A stretch of 64,000 nt of DNA from Nostoc sp. DedSLP01 (lineage in GTDB: Bacteria; Cyanobacteriota; Cyanobacteriia; Cyanobacteriales; Nostocaceae), in the NCBI GenBank assembly GCA_034530875.2, contig JAVRCJ020000032.1, positions 1 to 64,000 on the forward strand, given 5' to 3'. Shown here in pieces: positions 10,113-20,119 of this stretch. Position 1 is the first letter of the stretch. Every line of letters starts with the position of its first letter. A program made the translations under genes and the position numbers. Under the pieces are notes generated by a model, which worked only from the letters and a program-made list of their open reading frames with translations, did no database searches and was not told the origin of the DNA.

Positions 10113-12521
10113 TCAATAGTGCGATCGCTTGTATTCTTCGAGTAATTCTGGCAAGTAATCATAGCCGTCCACACCAATAAATTTAATCATATTCTTTTGA
10201 GAATTGACGAGTACTTGCTCTACGACTTCATGTCCTAATTTACTTTGTAAAATTGTTAATAACCCAGCCGCTTGTCGCCATTCTACGGCTATAATTTCTT
10301 CTAAAATATACATTCCTAACCAGCTATTGTATACCGCTGTTTCTAAATGATTCAGCTTGTAGTGACTTTCCGCCAAATACAAAAAATTCAGCCCTTGCAG
10401 ATATCGATCCCCGCAAAGCTGCACTGTCTGCGCACCTTTTTCTAATTGTTCTATGGCGGTTTGGGGTTTTTCTACAGCGAAGTGGGCAATACCAAGACTG
10501 ATGTAACAAAGGGCTTGAATTTGGCGTACAGTTGAGTCGATCCCAAATGGGGAATCGCTCAATTTTTCTGACAATTCCAAACTCCGACGCAAGTATTCTA
10601 TTGCTTGTTCGTACACTTCTGGTTCTATGCATTCTATCTGCTGCGCGGCAAAAACTTCGCCATAGCCTAAATTTGCTAAGGCGTGGGCTTCTCCAAAGCG
10701 TTGGCTTTGCCCGCCGCAGGCATCGCCTATTTGACGAGCTAAAATTAATGCCCTCTGGCTATAATTAATTGCCTGAGAATAATCTTTTTGAGCAGCGCAA
10801 ACACGGCTGCTGTGATTGAGATTGGCAATTTCACAAGCTCGATCTCCGGTTTGGCGGGCAATTTCTAAGGCTTGTTGGTGGAATGATTTGGCTTCTGGAT
10901 ATTTACCTAAAGTAAAGTGTGAATAACCCAATAACGTCAATATTCGGGCTTTTTCTTGGGTTGCTTCCACTTCTTTGAGTGGCGTATTCAAATAATCCAT
11001 CGCATCCCGCAGTGCATCTCTACCGAAAAAGGCAAATACTCCGCCGTAAAGAGGAAAGTATTCCCGATGGGCAAAAGTTCTAAGAATTTGTAAAACGATT
11101 TGAAAACAAGCTTTGGCTAATTCTTCACCTTTGGTGCCATAGATATTGCTAGCGATATGAAAACCATTAGATAATTCGCACCAAACTACAGCAAAAGTGA
11201 GAAAAGTGGCAATGGACGCAGATGTACCCCATTTGGAATCTAATGGTTGTCTTTCAAACCAAGTCACCAAACCTTTTTGGATTCTTTGAACAATTACTAT
11301 TAATTCCACCAAATCTTCTGTATTGAGATAAGGCTGGCGGACAACTAGTTCCGTTGCAGATATGCCATCAGCTAATACACAAAATAGCATTTGTGTCAAA
11401 GGACTGCTGACTTTTTGTGACCATGAAACCCAAGGTTCTTGTTTTGGTGGAAACTGTGTTAATTCTGATGCAGTTGGTTTTGGTTCGTAAATCCAACTAA
11501 CAAGATAACCTTCTAATTTTTGATACGATTCTACACCGTTAGCAATGGCGATCGCTAGTTGTTGGATTTCTTGTTTTCGCTGAAAATCTTCATCAGCAAA
11601 TACCGCTTGTTTTAACTCTTGGGCTAGTTGTTGTAATTGATTTTGGCTGAAACCTTGGTTTTGATTGGGGTCAATGATTTGTAACAAAACTGAAAGCCGA
11701 GACGCTTGTGAAGCTGTAAGAATTTGTTGCACTGCTGCGCTGACTGCGGCTCGATTGCGTTTTTGTTTTTGGATTCGTTCCCACTCGCTTTGAATAGTTT
11801 GTAATGCCTTCAAAGTACGGCTTAAACGAGCTTTTTTTAACTCAGGAGTTTCCCTTTGAAACAAATTGGAATAAATTCTTACCTTATCTAATTGCAATCG
11901 CGTAAAATTCAAGCGATCGCACAAACAGCGTTCAAAGATTTCCCCGGTCCCACCGCTAATATTATTGGCTAATTGGCGATATATATATTCTTGAGAACGA
12001 ATTTCATCTTTAAGGGCAGTAGCAACAATTTCTTCGATTAATTTCTGATATCTGCCAGATAAAGAATTAGATTCTGTTACTAAATTACTACGATCGGAAG
12101 TTAGTAAACTTTCTTCAGAAGTGGGACAAACTGGTATTTCTTCTGGAGTTGCTGTTGTCGATTTTTTTTGATAATTGCTAAGTGAAGTATTCGTTGAAGA
12201 ATTAGAGAAGTAATAATCTGTTAAAGGTTCGCAAAGAAACTCTTCTTGAAAGCGGTCTATTTTCGCACTTGAATAAAGTCGCCGATGGCGGCGTTTTTGA
12301 TACCAAAAACTGGAAATGAGTAAGCCTGCGATAACTCCTATGGCAATTCCTGTAATAGCAATATTTGTAATTTCTGAAGTATCATTTTGTTGCTCAGATT
12401 CGACAGTTTGATTGGAATATGTACTTTTTGCAGCAGCGTAGTCAGTTGTTGAAGTTAGCTGTACGCTAGTTGCGATCGCTGCCCACAGGATAAATCTAAA
12501 TATTAACTTTGATTTCCACAT
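10113..12521 (-). CDS. Cyanobacterial TPR-repeat protein with N-terminal signal/TM extension
   Basis: C-terminal TPRs (HQQALEIARQTGDRACEIANLNH); hydrophobic N-terminal segments; two in-frame HIP1-site inserts. Confidence 0.8.
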   Translation of the reverse strand: MWKSKLIFRFILWAAIATSVQLTSTTDYAAAKSTYSNQTVESEQQNDTSEITNIAITGIAIGVIAGLLISSFWYQKRRHRRLYSSAKIDRFQEEFLCEPLTDYYFSNSSTNTSLSNYQKKSTTATPEEIPVCPTSEESLLTSDRSNLVTESNSLSGRYQKLIEEIVATALKDEIRSQEYIYRQLANNISGGTGEIFERCLCDRLNFTRLQLDKVRIYSNLFQRETPELKKARLSRTLKALQTIQSEWERIQKQKRNRAAVSAAVQQILTASQASRLSVLLQIIDPNQNQGFSQNQLQQLAQELKQAVFADEDFQRKQEIQQLAIAIANGVESYQKLEGYLVSWIYEPKPTASELTQFPPKQEPWVSWSQKVSSPLTQMLFCVLADGISATELVVRQPYLNTEDLVELIVIVQRIQKGLVTWFERQPLDSKWGTSASIATFLTFAVVWCELSNGFHIASNIYGTKGEELAKACFQIVLQILRTFAHREYFPLYGGVFAFFGRDALRDAMDYLNTPLKEVEATQEKARILTLLGYSHFTLGKYPEAKSFHQQALEIARQTGDRACEIANLNHSSRVCAAQKDYSQAINYSQRALILARQIGDACGGQSQRFGEAHALANLGYGEVFAAQQIECIEPEVYEQAIEYLRRSLELSEKLSDSPFGIDSTVRQIQALCYISLGIAHFAVEKPQTAIEQLEKGAQTVQLCGDRYLQGLNFLYLAESHYKLNHLETAVYNSWLGMYILEEIIAVEWRQAAGLLTILQSKLGHEVVEQVLVNSQKNMIKFIGVDGYDYLPELLEEYKRSHY
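10527..10553. repeat. 27-nt in-frame insertion splitting a HIP1 site
   Basis: GCG(10524-26)+tacagttgagtcgatcccaaatgggga+ATCGC(10554-58); adds SPFGIDSTV inside a TPR. Confidence 0.65.
10701..10721. repeat. 21-nt in-frame insertion splitting a HIP1 site (SDR-type)
   Basis: GCG(10698-700)+ttggctttgcccgccgcaggc+ATCGC(10722-26); adds ACGGQSQ inside a TPR. Confidence 0.8.
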
Positions 12522-12989
12522 AATCTAACAGTTACAAAACTATGTTGTCTTTTTCTGGGCTGCTTCAAATTTAACGTAGATATCAAACAAACTCAGGTTT
12601 TTCGCCAAATATAACGTCTCTTTAACAAAGAGAAACTCAAAAAAAGCTTTTCCAAAACTAGCTTCCGAAAGATTTTCTTAATTCTTAACATTTGTCCGTT
12701 CATTATAGAATCCTAGCAAAGCCAGATTTTAACTTATGGCTGATAGCGATCGTATTGCTTAACAGAAAAATTTACTGATAAATCAAAATTTTCAGCAAAC
12801 AAATATCACAATACAAAATTATTACTTCGGGGATCTACTAGCTAAAATAACCCTCTAAAGCCTTAACCGATGTGTCTCCCTAAACTGAGTAAAAAAAGCA
12901 TCATTAAAACTTAGCAATCTTGCTTATAAGAAACTCAGAGATGCATGTTAATGTTTTAATCTCATTGTCTTGCCTTCACACCTTTTGCT

Positions 12990-15900
12990 ATGCATCTGCA
13001 CTATTTAGACCCCCAACACCTTGAAGAATTAGTCAAGAGTAGTGGTATAGACTTACACTTAGTGCAACTTAATTTCCAGTCACTCCAAGGTGTAAGTGTT
13101 TACGAGTATTTGTTGATTTCTGAGCTACTTCCCCGTACCAATAATGGAATGGTAAAAAGTAGTTGGTTGCAGCGTTACGCTCATATAACTGAAGGTGGTT
13201 GGTGGTGTTCTGGACTAGATCCCTTGAATAATTGGCAAATGATGGAATGGGGATGCTTTAAGCCAAACCAACCCCGACAAAATAACAATGGCAAATCCAT
13301 CAAATACGAGCATCCCCCCAGCACGCCAACGCGGGTATTTTGTTTGCGGGTAACACAGCAAATCTGGCAGCAAGTTGCAGCGCGTTACAATTTAGCCATG
13401 CCAGATGATATCGCTATTACCGCGGATGGCGAAGCTAGTGGTTTTTGGCAATGGGTGATGGGAAAGAATATTCCCATCATCATCTGCGAAGGTGTGAAGA
13501 AAGCAGCAACCCTGTTGACACAAGGATATGTAGCTATTGGCGTTCCTGGAATTACTAGCGGTTATCGGGTTGTCAAAGATGAATTTGGAAAAGTCACCCG
13601 TCGTCAGTTGATACCAGACTTAGCAGTGTTTGCGATGACAAAGCGTCGCTTTTATATTTGCTTTGATTTTGAAACTCAACCCAAGAAAATCGCTGCTATC
13701 AATAATGCCATTTCTCAACTTGGTTGTTTATTTCAGCAAAAAAGTTGCCCTGTTAAAGTCATCGAACTTCCAGGAATAGAAAAAGGTGTTGATGATTTTA
13801 TTGTTGCCAAAGGTGCAACTAGTTTCGATAAACTTTATCGCCAAAGCGTTGACTTAGAAATTTATCTTGCCCAAACCAAGCCACACACAGAATTAAGCAT
13901 TCCGGCTGCCCTAACTTTTAACCGTCCTTATATAGGTGAAATACCTTTCCCCACCTCTGGATTAGTAGGAGTCAAATCAGCAAAAGGAACAGGCAAAACC
14001 ACAGCATTACAGAGTGTTGTTCAGCAAGCAAAAAATAGAAATCAGCCTGTTTTGTTAATTACCCATAGAATTTTACTAGGAAAATTTTTGTGTGACAAAA
14101 TAGGCATTCAATGGGGAATAGGAATAATGCCCAATCCCCAATCCCCAATCCCCAATCCCCAATCCCCAATTCCCAAATCTTTCGGCTTGTGTGTAGACTC
14201 AATTTGGAAGTTAAACCCTGAAGATTGGCATGGGGCAATAGTAATCTTAGATGAAGTCGAACAATCTATATGGCATCTTTTAAGCAGTAATACTTGTAAA
14301 AACAAGCGCGTCAAAATATTAAAATTATTTCAAGAATTAATTGCTACAGTTTTAACAACTGGAGGGTTAGTTATTGCTCAAGATGCTGATTTATCAAATG
14401 TATCCCTTGAATATTTACAGGGATTAGCAGGAATTAAATTAACACCTTGGGTAGTTATTAACGAATGGAAACCTCAGCAAGGTTGGGATGTGACTTTTTA
14501 CGATTCGCCTAACCCAACACCGCTAATTCATCAATTAGAATTAGATTTACTTGCCGGACGTAAATGTTACGTTACTACCGATAGTCGCGCTGGACGTTAC
14601 AGTTGTGAAACCATTGAAGGTTATTTAAAAGAAAGATTACAAAAATTAAGACGACAGTTTCCTCAAACTTTAGTAGTTAGTAGTCACACTACAAATACAC
14701 CCGGTCACGCCGCAGTTGATTTTATTGCAGCTATTAATCAAAAAATATCTGAATATGACGGTGTTTTTGTTACCCCTAGCCTTGGTACAGGAATTAGTAT
14801 TGATGTTCGACATTTCGACCGAGTTTATGGTATTTTTCAAGGCGTAATTCCTGATTCTGAAGCACGACAAGCATTAGCAAGAGTAAGGGATGATGTCCCG
14901 CGTGTTGTCTGGTGTGCTAAACGAGGTATTGGTTTAATTGGTAGTGGTAGTACAAATTACCGCTTGCTATCTGATTGGTATCAGGAAAATCAAAAAGAAA
15001 ATTTAGCTTTGCTCAGTCCGTTACATAAAATAGATGTGGATTTGCCTTTAGTCCACGACCCAATTCATTTGCGAACTTGGGCAAAATTATCTGCTAGAGT
15101 AAATGCATCGATTCGCCTCTATCGTCAATCAATGCAAGATGGCTTAATTGCTGACGGACATCTAATACAGATGCGCAGTAATGCAGTTCACAATAATATT
15201 ATTCGAGATTTACGCCTTGCATTTTTGGCTAGCGATCCCAATGATTTAGCAACCCGCAAAAGGTTAATTTTAGAAATCGTCAAAGTCCAAAAAGATTGGA
15301 CGCAAAGACGTCAAAAAGCTAAAGACATTAAACGCAAAATAAAAGAAATTAAACAACAAAATCAGTTAGCAGTAGCAACAGCCGTGGCTAATGCTAAAGA
15401 TATCGATTATGTAGAATACGAACAACTATTAGTTAAACATTCCTTGACTGATGAAGAACGCAATCAAATTAACAAATATGTTCTCCGGCAAAAATATGGA
15501 ATAAAGGTTACTTCAGCATTGAAATTGCAAGATGACCAAGGATATTACAGTCAATTATTAATTCACTATTATCTGATCCATGAAAGCGAATATTTTCATA
15601 TTAGAGACCGTCAAGAATGGCATCAGCAATTATCTTGGGGTGAAGGCAAAGTTTTTCTCCCAGATTTAAAGACTTATACACTCAAAGTCGAGGCTATGAG
15701 AGCTTTAGGGATGCTGCAATTTTTGGAAATTAGACGAGAATTTACAGAAAATGATGCTGAGGTAATTTTACTGAAAAATGTTGCTTTTCAGCATAGTAAG
15801 CATATTAAAAGAGTGCTGGGCATTAATTTAGTTGGAGACAAAGACCAATTTGCAGGAATTAAAATACTTAGCCGATTGTTAAATTTGTTAGGTTTGAAAC

Positions 15901-16133
15901 TTAAGCGAGTCAATGAGGTTTATCAAATCGATTTAGCAACACTCAATGATGGTAGAGAAAAAATATTTGCAGTTTGGCAACAACGTGATGAATTGATATT
16001 GGCTCATCTTAAGAGTGGTGTCTATAAAGTTGCCGATTATTCGTCAGACTGGAAAGGTGAGATTATCGAAACCAAGCCTAGTAAGGTAGACCAAAGATTA
16101 TCTAGGCTGAGTCTACCGTTATCAAAAATTTAA
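12990..16133 (+). CDS. CyRepA1-family replication protein (DUF3854 TOPRIM-like primase plus helicase-like domain)
   Basis: KYEHPP, IIICEGVKKA, ICFD, KGVDD (DUF3854); SAKGTGKT Walker A; ILDEVEQ Walker B; PSLGTGISID; QALARVR. Confidence 0.85.
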   Translation: MHLHYLDPQHLEELVKSSGIDLHLVQLNFQSLQGVSVYEYLLISELLPRTNNGMVKSSWLQRYAHITEGGWWCSGLDPLNNWQMMEWGCFKPNQPRQNNNGKSIKYEHPPSTPTRVFCLRVTQQIWQQVAARYNLAMPDDIAITADGEASGFWQWVMGKNIPIIICEGVKKAATLLTQGYVAIGVPGITSGYRVVKDEFGKVTRRQLIPDLAVFAMTKRRFYICFDFETQPKKIAAINNAISQLGCLFQQKSCPVKVIELPGIEKGVDDFIVAKGATSFDKLYRQSVDLEIYLAQTKPHTELSIPAALTFNRPYIGEIPFPTSGLVGVKSAKGTGKTTALQSVVQQAKNRNQPVLLITHRILLGKFLCDKIGIQWGIGIMPNPQSPIPNPQSPIPKSFGLCVDSIWKLNPEDWHGAIVILDEVEQSIWHLLSSNTCKNKRVKILKLFQELIATVLTTGGLVIAQDADLSNVSLEYLQGLAGIKLTPWVVINEWKPQQGWDVTFYDSPNPTPLIHQLELDLLAGRKCYVTTDSRAGRYSCETIEGYLKERLQKLRRQFPQTLVVSSHTTNTPGHAAVDFIAAINQKISEYDGVFVTPSLGTGISIDVRHFDRVYGIFQGVIPDSEARQALARVRDDVPRVVWCAKRGIGLIGSGSTNYRLLSDWYQENQKENLALLSPLHKIDVDLPLVHDPIHLRTWAKLSARVNASIRLYRQSMQDGLIADGHLIQMRSNAVHNNIIRDLRLAFLASDPNDLATRKRLILEIVKVQKDWTQRRQKAKDIKRKIKEIKQQNQLAVATAVANAKDIDYVEYEQLLVKHSLTDEERNQINKYVLRQKYGIKVTSALKLQDDQGYYSQLLIHYYLIHESEYFHIRDRQEWHQQLSWGEGKVFLPDLKTYTLKVEAMRALGMLQFLEIRREFTENDAEVILLKNVAFQHSKHIKRVLGINLVGDKDQFAGIKILSRLLNLLGLKLKRVNEVYQIDLATLNDGREKIFAVWQQRDELILAHLKSGVYKVADYSSDWKGEIIETKPSKVDQRLSRLSLPLSKI
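14129..14177 (+). repeat. STRR heptamer array (CCCCAAT)n inside the cyRepA coding sequence
   Basis: gcccaat + 5x ccccaat + tcccaaa; encodes PNPQSPIPNPQSPIP. Confidence 0.9.
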
Positions 16134-16464
16134 ATTAGGGAGTGGAGAGTAAGGGTGCAAATATTTGTACCTCTACTCCCGACTTCCTTTTTCAAGTTAG
16201 GCATCACCAAGTTGGATAAACTACCAACTGTGTAGACATGTATAATTATTTAGGTTAGGCAAGATAAGTAAATATAGTCATTTAATTTAAATACACAAAT
16301 TAATACAACATGTCTTTTTTATTAGAATTATTTAATATTTTCGCTGTCCAACTAGTTTATATTAAATAATCTAATTTTTCCTGAGAAAAACTTATAAACA
16401 TATACCTATTTTATTTTCTAAGAATTACCATTGAAACAAACAATTGAAAAGCGGTGTGTATCAC

Positions 16465-16782
16465 ATGGCAACTAAAAAACAATTTAACAGCTTTGAAGAG
16501 ATGCTGTCTGATTCTGATGTACCCGTATTAGTCGATTTTTATGCCGAATGGTGCGGGCCATGTCAGATGATGGTGCCAATTTTAGAGCAAGTAAATGCCC
16601 AACTCAAGGATCGTCTGCGGATTGTCAAAATAGATACAGAAAAATACACGCAATTGGCTTCTCAGTATCAAATTTATGCTCTGCCAACTCTAGTACTATT
16701 TAAAAAGGGTGAGCCTGTGGAGCGAATTGAGGGTGTAAGACAAGCACCGCAGTTGGTGGAACATCTAAAAGCATTTGTTTAA
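16465..16782 (+). CDS. trxA: Thioredoxin
   Basis: WCGPC active site; ATG at 16465 (MATKKQF). Confidence 0.92.
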   Translation: MATKKQFNSFEEMLSDSDVPVLVDFYAEWCGPCQMMVPILEQVNAQLKDRLRIVKIDTEKYTQLASQYQIYALPTLVLFKKGEPVERIEGVRQAPQLVEHLKAFV

Positions 16783-16942
16783 GTAGCATTGAGAATTTAG
16801 TAATAGTTCCAAAGGCGCGAAATCTCGCGTCTTTTTTAGTGTTTTTTTATTGCTTCCTTCTACGAAGAATATTACTTCTAAATTCTCAACGCTAGTTATT
16901 CCACTTGTGCAAGCTGCAAGACCGTACTGGCTCTTTTTGATA

Positions 16943-19900
16943 TTACTTTTTTTCTTGTGGCTGTTGCTTTTGGGCTTCTGGCAATAGTTGGAATTTACCT
17001 TTCTCAACCTTTAATAAGATAGGTTTATTCTGGCGCTCCCCATCTTCAGTAAACTTTAACGGATAACCCGAAGTATCCCTTGCTTTAATATTGATTTGTC
17101 GCAAATTTTGTAGAATAGTAGACCTAGAAGGTTTGGCTGATAAAGCTTTAATCAAAGCTTGAGTAGCATCATAACTCATAGCCGTGCGCCAGGTTACCGT
17201 TTTTCCCCATTTCTGCTTTGCTGTTTCTACAAAAACTTTTGTTTCTGGTGCTGAGCTGAACCAAGGTACACCCAATATTAAGCCTTCGACAGCTTCTTTT
17301 CCATCTTTCAAAGTTCCGGGTCTGTATAAAGCAGTTTCACCTAATATTGCTAATTTTTGTAATTTAGGATTTTTTTTAGGATCGGAAACCAGACCGGCAT
17401 TGACTTTAGTAATGTCTAGAGCCACCGAAATCTGTTGTTTGTCTTGTGCATTAGGAAATAGCAAAGCTGCTTGTGGCTGATATTGAAGTACAGTATTAAA
17501 TTCTTCGTCTACATCCTGTTCTACTTCAGTGAAATCAATATTTTGCACAACTCTACCCTGAAGCTTATCAAAATAATTGATAAATTCCTCACTCAAGTTT
17601 TTGCTATCTTCACTTTTATTATAAAAAATAACAACTTTGTTGAGACGAAGTGAGTTTTTGATATACTCAGCGAGTCGTTTGGCGATCGCTGCATTAGAAG
17701 GAGTCATTCTAAATAAAACTTGACTTTCTTTACTTGGGGATAAATCACCTGTACTCGTAGGAGAAATTGTCGCTATCCCAGCTTTTTCATAGGTAATTAA
17801 TGCTGCCTTAATAGTATCATTAGAAGAATTTCCAATTACTCCTAATATCGATTGATTCTTCATTTTAACCAATTCAGTAGCTACTTGTTTTGCTTGTTCA
17901 GGGTTGTTAGCGTCATTAGCAATAACAATTTCTAATAATTGACCATTCAACCCACCATTAGTATTAAATTTGTCTTGTGCTTGTGCTACACCACGCAGTA
18001 TTTCTGTAGCTATCACTTCTGAATTCTCTCCTGGCACAACCACTGCAAACGAGATGGGATAACCTTTTTGGCGAGCTAAGGCATTGTTATAATAAATTAA
18101 TGCTTCTGGATCATCTTTATTTCCATCAATATATTGTTTAAAAAATACAATAGCTTCACTATACTTGCCTTGACTAAAATCTTCAATACCTCGTTTACGA
18201 TTAGGATTAAAATATTTAACAACATAAGGGAATATAGTGCGTTCACCACTACTAATATTCTCCATTACCTTATTTTCAGATGTTGCTAGACAAAAACCTA
18301 TTCGATTCGATTCACTTGTCTGGCAAGGAATTGATAATAATTGATACAATGCAACACCGATTAGACCCAGACCAATAATCGCAGATCCACGTAATAATTG
18401 TCGTTCACCATTAACACCTTTTGGTTCTAACTTTTTAACTGATAATTCTCTTTGATTATTAACATCTTTTGATTCTAATTTTTTAAATGATAGCTGTTGG
18501 TTAACTTGCTCATTATTAATAGTATTAAGAGCATTCTCTCTCTTAACCAATACACTAGAATTCAATTTATCAGCTTCTTTTTCAGCTTCAATTTCTCGCA
18601 GCTTTTGCTTGGCAGATATTCTATCTGGTTCAAGTTCTAAAACTTTTTTAAACTGTTCTGCTGCCTGATTAAAATCCTTTTGTATTATCAAGCTATTACC
18701 ATATCCTTCTAGCGCCTTCAAGAAACTTTCTTTGTTGCGTATAGGGTCAAATTTATATGTTCGTTCATATAGTTTTATAGCTTCATCAAAATTCCCAATC
18801 TCTAAGTACTCTTCTGCTAAAAGAGGTATCGTACTGAAATGATTGGGATTAATAGCTAAAATTTGTCGATGATTATTTAGTACAACTTGCTTTGTTTCTT
18901 GTTGAAGATGTTCATTTGTAATATGTAAAATTTGTTTTATTTCTTCTGATTTTATTTTTTCAAGTTCATTAATTTCATCTTTTAAAGCATGGCGTTTTTC
19001 TAACCAACGACGGATAAATTCAATTTTTATTTTTGGCTGAATTCCATCTAATAAATCTTTCTCGTAGAGTTGCTGTAAACCTTTTTTAAGTTCGTCTGTC
19101 TCAACAACTCCATATAGAAGTAGTACTTTTGAAATAGAATTTTCTTTTAATGCAGAATTATTTTGAGCTTCTACAACCGCAGAAAGGATTACTTTTTCTG
19201 AAATAGTTAGCCCATCCCAAAACCATGACAATCCGGCTTCTGCACTTTCTATTGCTCTATCTACAATTGCTTCTACATCAGCACGAGTAATCTTCCAATT
19301 ATTTTCTGTTCTAGCAAAAACAAATATGGTAAAACAAATTACTTGCGTGAAATAAGGATGCCCTGCTGAAAGTTCTAGAATTGCCCGTATAGCATCTTCA
19401 TCATAATTGAGTATCCCTTGTGTAGGTTTACAAATTAATCGTCTTGCACTTATTTCATCTAATAATCCAATTTTTTGATAAGGAACATTTCCGAAAAAAT
19501 TCTGTAAATTTTCTAAATCATTTTGATAACGCCCTAAAACTAGAATAATAAAAAGTTTTTCTTGTGTATCAATTAGAGATTTTAAATAACTAAAGAAATT
19601 GCTAGCACGCTCTACGATATTAACATTGTTACTCTCATCAATAACATCAAATTCATCTAACATTAAAACTAAATTTTTATTACCTATTATTTTATATATT
19701 TTCGTTAAGAATTCATTTGAAAATATCTCTAGATTCTCTTGTATATTATCAGATAAATCTCCTTCCTCATTTTCCAACTGTAAGTGTTCAGCAATCTCTG
19801 TAGTAAGGCTACTAATAATTTCACCAAGTGACCAAGTGCTTTTATCTTGTAAATCAAAATTAACAAACTCAAAGTCATTATGAGTAATTTGTTCGGGAAT

Positions 19901-20116
19901 TTGCTGAAGTATAGACGACATACCAATACGCCGTTGACCGTGCAACAAGATAATTTTTCTACCCTGTATTAGACAATCTTGGATATATTGGAATAAACTT
20001 TCACGTCCAAAAAACTTGTTAGGTTCGGTAATAGGACGGCCTATGATGTAAGGATTTCGAGCGTTTGAATTTGACATAATAATTTCTATTTCTGCAAAGT
20101 TAGTCGTTTTATCCAT
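16943..20116 (-). CDS. STAND/AAA ATPase-TPR-TM-periplasmic binding protein (LIVBP-like) fusion, Walker A K->M
   Basis: NPYIIGRP, FFGRE, HGQRRIGMSS, LMLDEFD, AGHPYFTQ; TPRs; TM; EILRGVAQAQ, IANDAN and WRTAMSYDA binding-protein motifs. Confidence 0.85.
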   Translation of the reverse strand: MDKTTNFAEIEIIMSNSNARNPYIIGRPITEPNKFFGRESLFQYIQDCLIQGRKIILLHGQRRIGMSSILQQIPEQITHNDFEFVNFDLQDKSTWSLGEIISSLTTEIAEHLQLENEEGDLSDNIQENLEIFSNEFLTKIYKIIGNKNLVLMLDEFDVIDESNNVNIVERASNFFSYLKSLIDTQEKLFIILVLGRYQNDLENLQNFFGNVPYQKIGLLDEISARRLICKPTQGILNYDEDAIRAILELSAGHPYFTQVICFTIFVFARTENNWKITRADVEAIVDRAIESAEAGLSWFWDGLTISEKVILSAVVEAQNNSALKENSISKVLLLYGVVETDELKKGLQQLYEKDLLDGIQPKIKIEFIRRWLEKRHALKDEINELEKIKSEEIKQILHITNEHLQQETKQVVLNNHRQILAINPNHFSTIPLLAEEYLEIGNFDEAIKLYERTYKFDPIRNKESFLKALEGYGNSLIIQKDFNQAAEQFKKVLELEPDRISAKQKLREIEAEKEADKLNSSVLVKRENALNTINNEQVNQQLSFKKLESKDVNNQRELSVKKLEPKGVNGERQLLRGSAIIGLGLIGVALYQLLSIPCQTSESNRIGFCLATSENKVMENISSGERTIFPYVVKYFNPNRKRGIEDFSQGKYSEAIVFFKQYIDGNKDDPEALIYYNNALARQKGYPISFAVVVPGENSEVIATEILRGVAQAQDKFNTNGGLNGQLLEIVIANDANNPEQAKQVATELVKMKNQSILGVIGNSSNDTIKAALITYEKAGIATISPTSTGDLSPSKESQVLFRMTPSNAAIAKRLAEYIKNSLRLNKVVIFYNKSEDSKNLSEEFINYFDKLQGRVVQNIDFTEVEQDVDEEFNTVLQYQPQAALLFPNAQDKQQISVALDITKVNAGLVSDPKKNPKLQKLAILGETALYRPGTLKDGKEAVEGLILGVPWFSSAPETKVFVETAKQKWGKTVTWRTAMSYDATQALIKALSAKPSRSTILQNLRQINIKARDTSGYPLKFTEDGERQNKPILLKVEKGKFQLLPEAQKQQPQEKK

Positions 20117-20119
20117 AAA

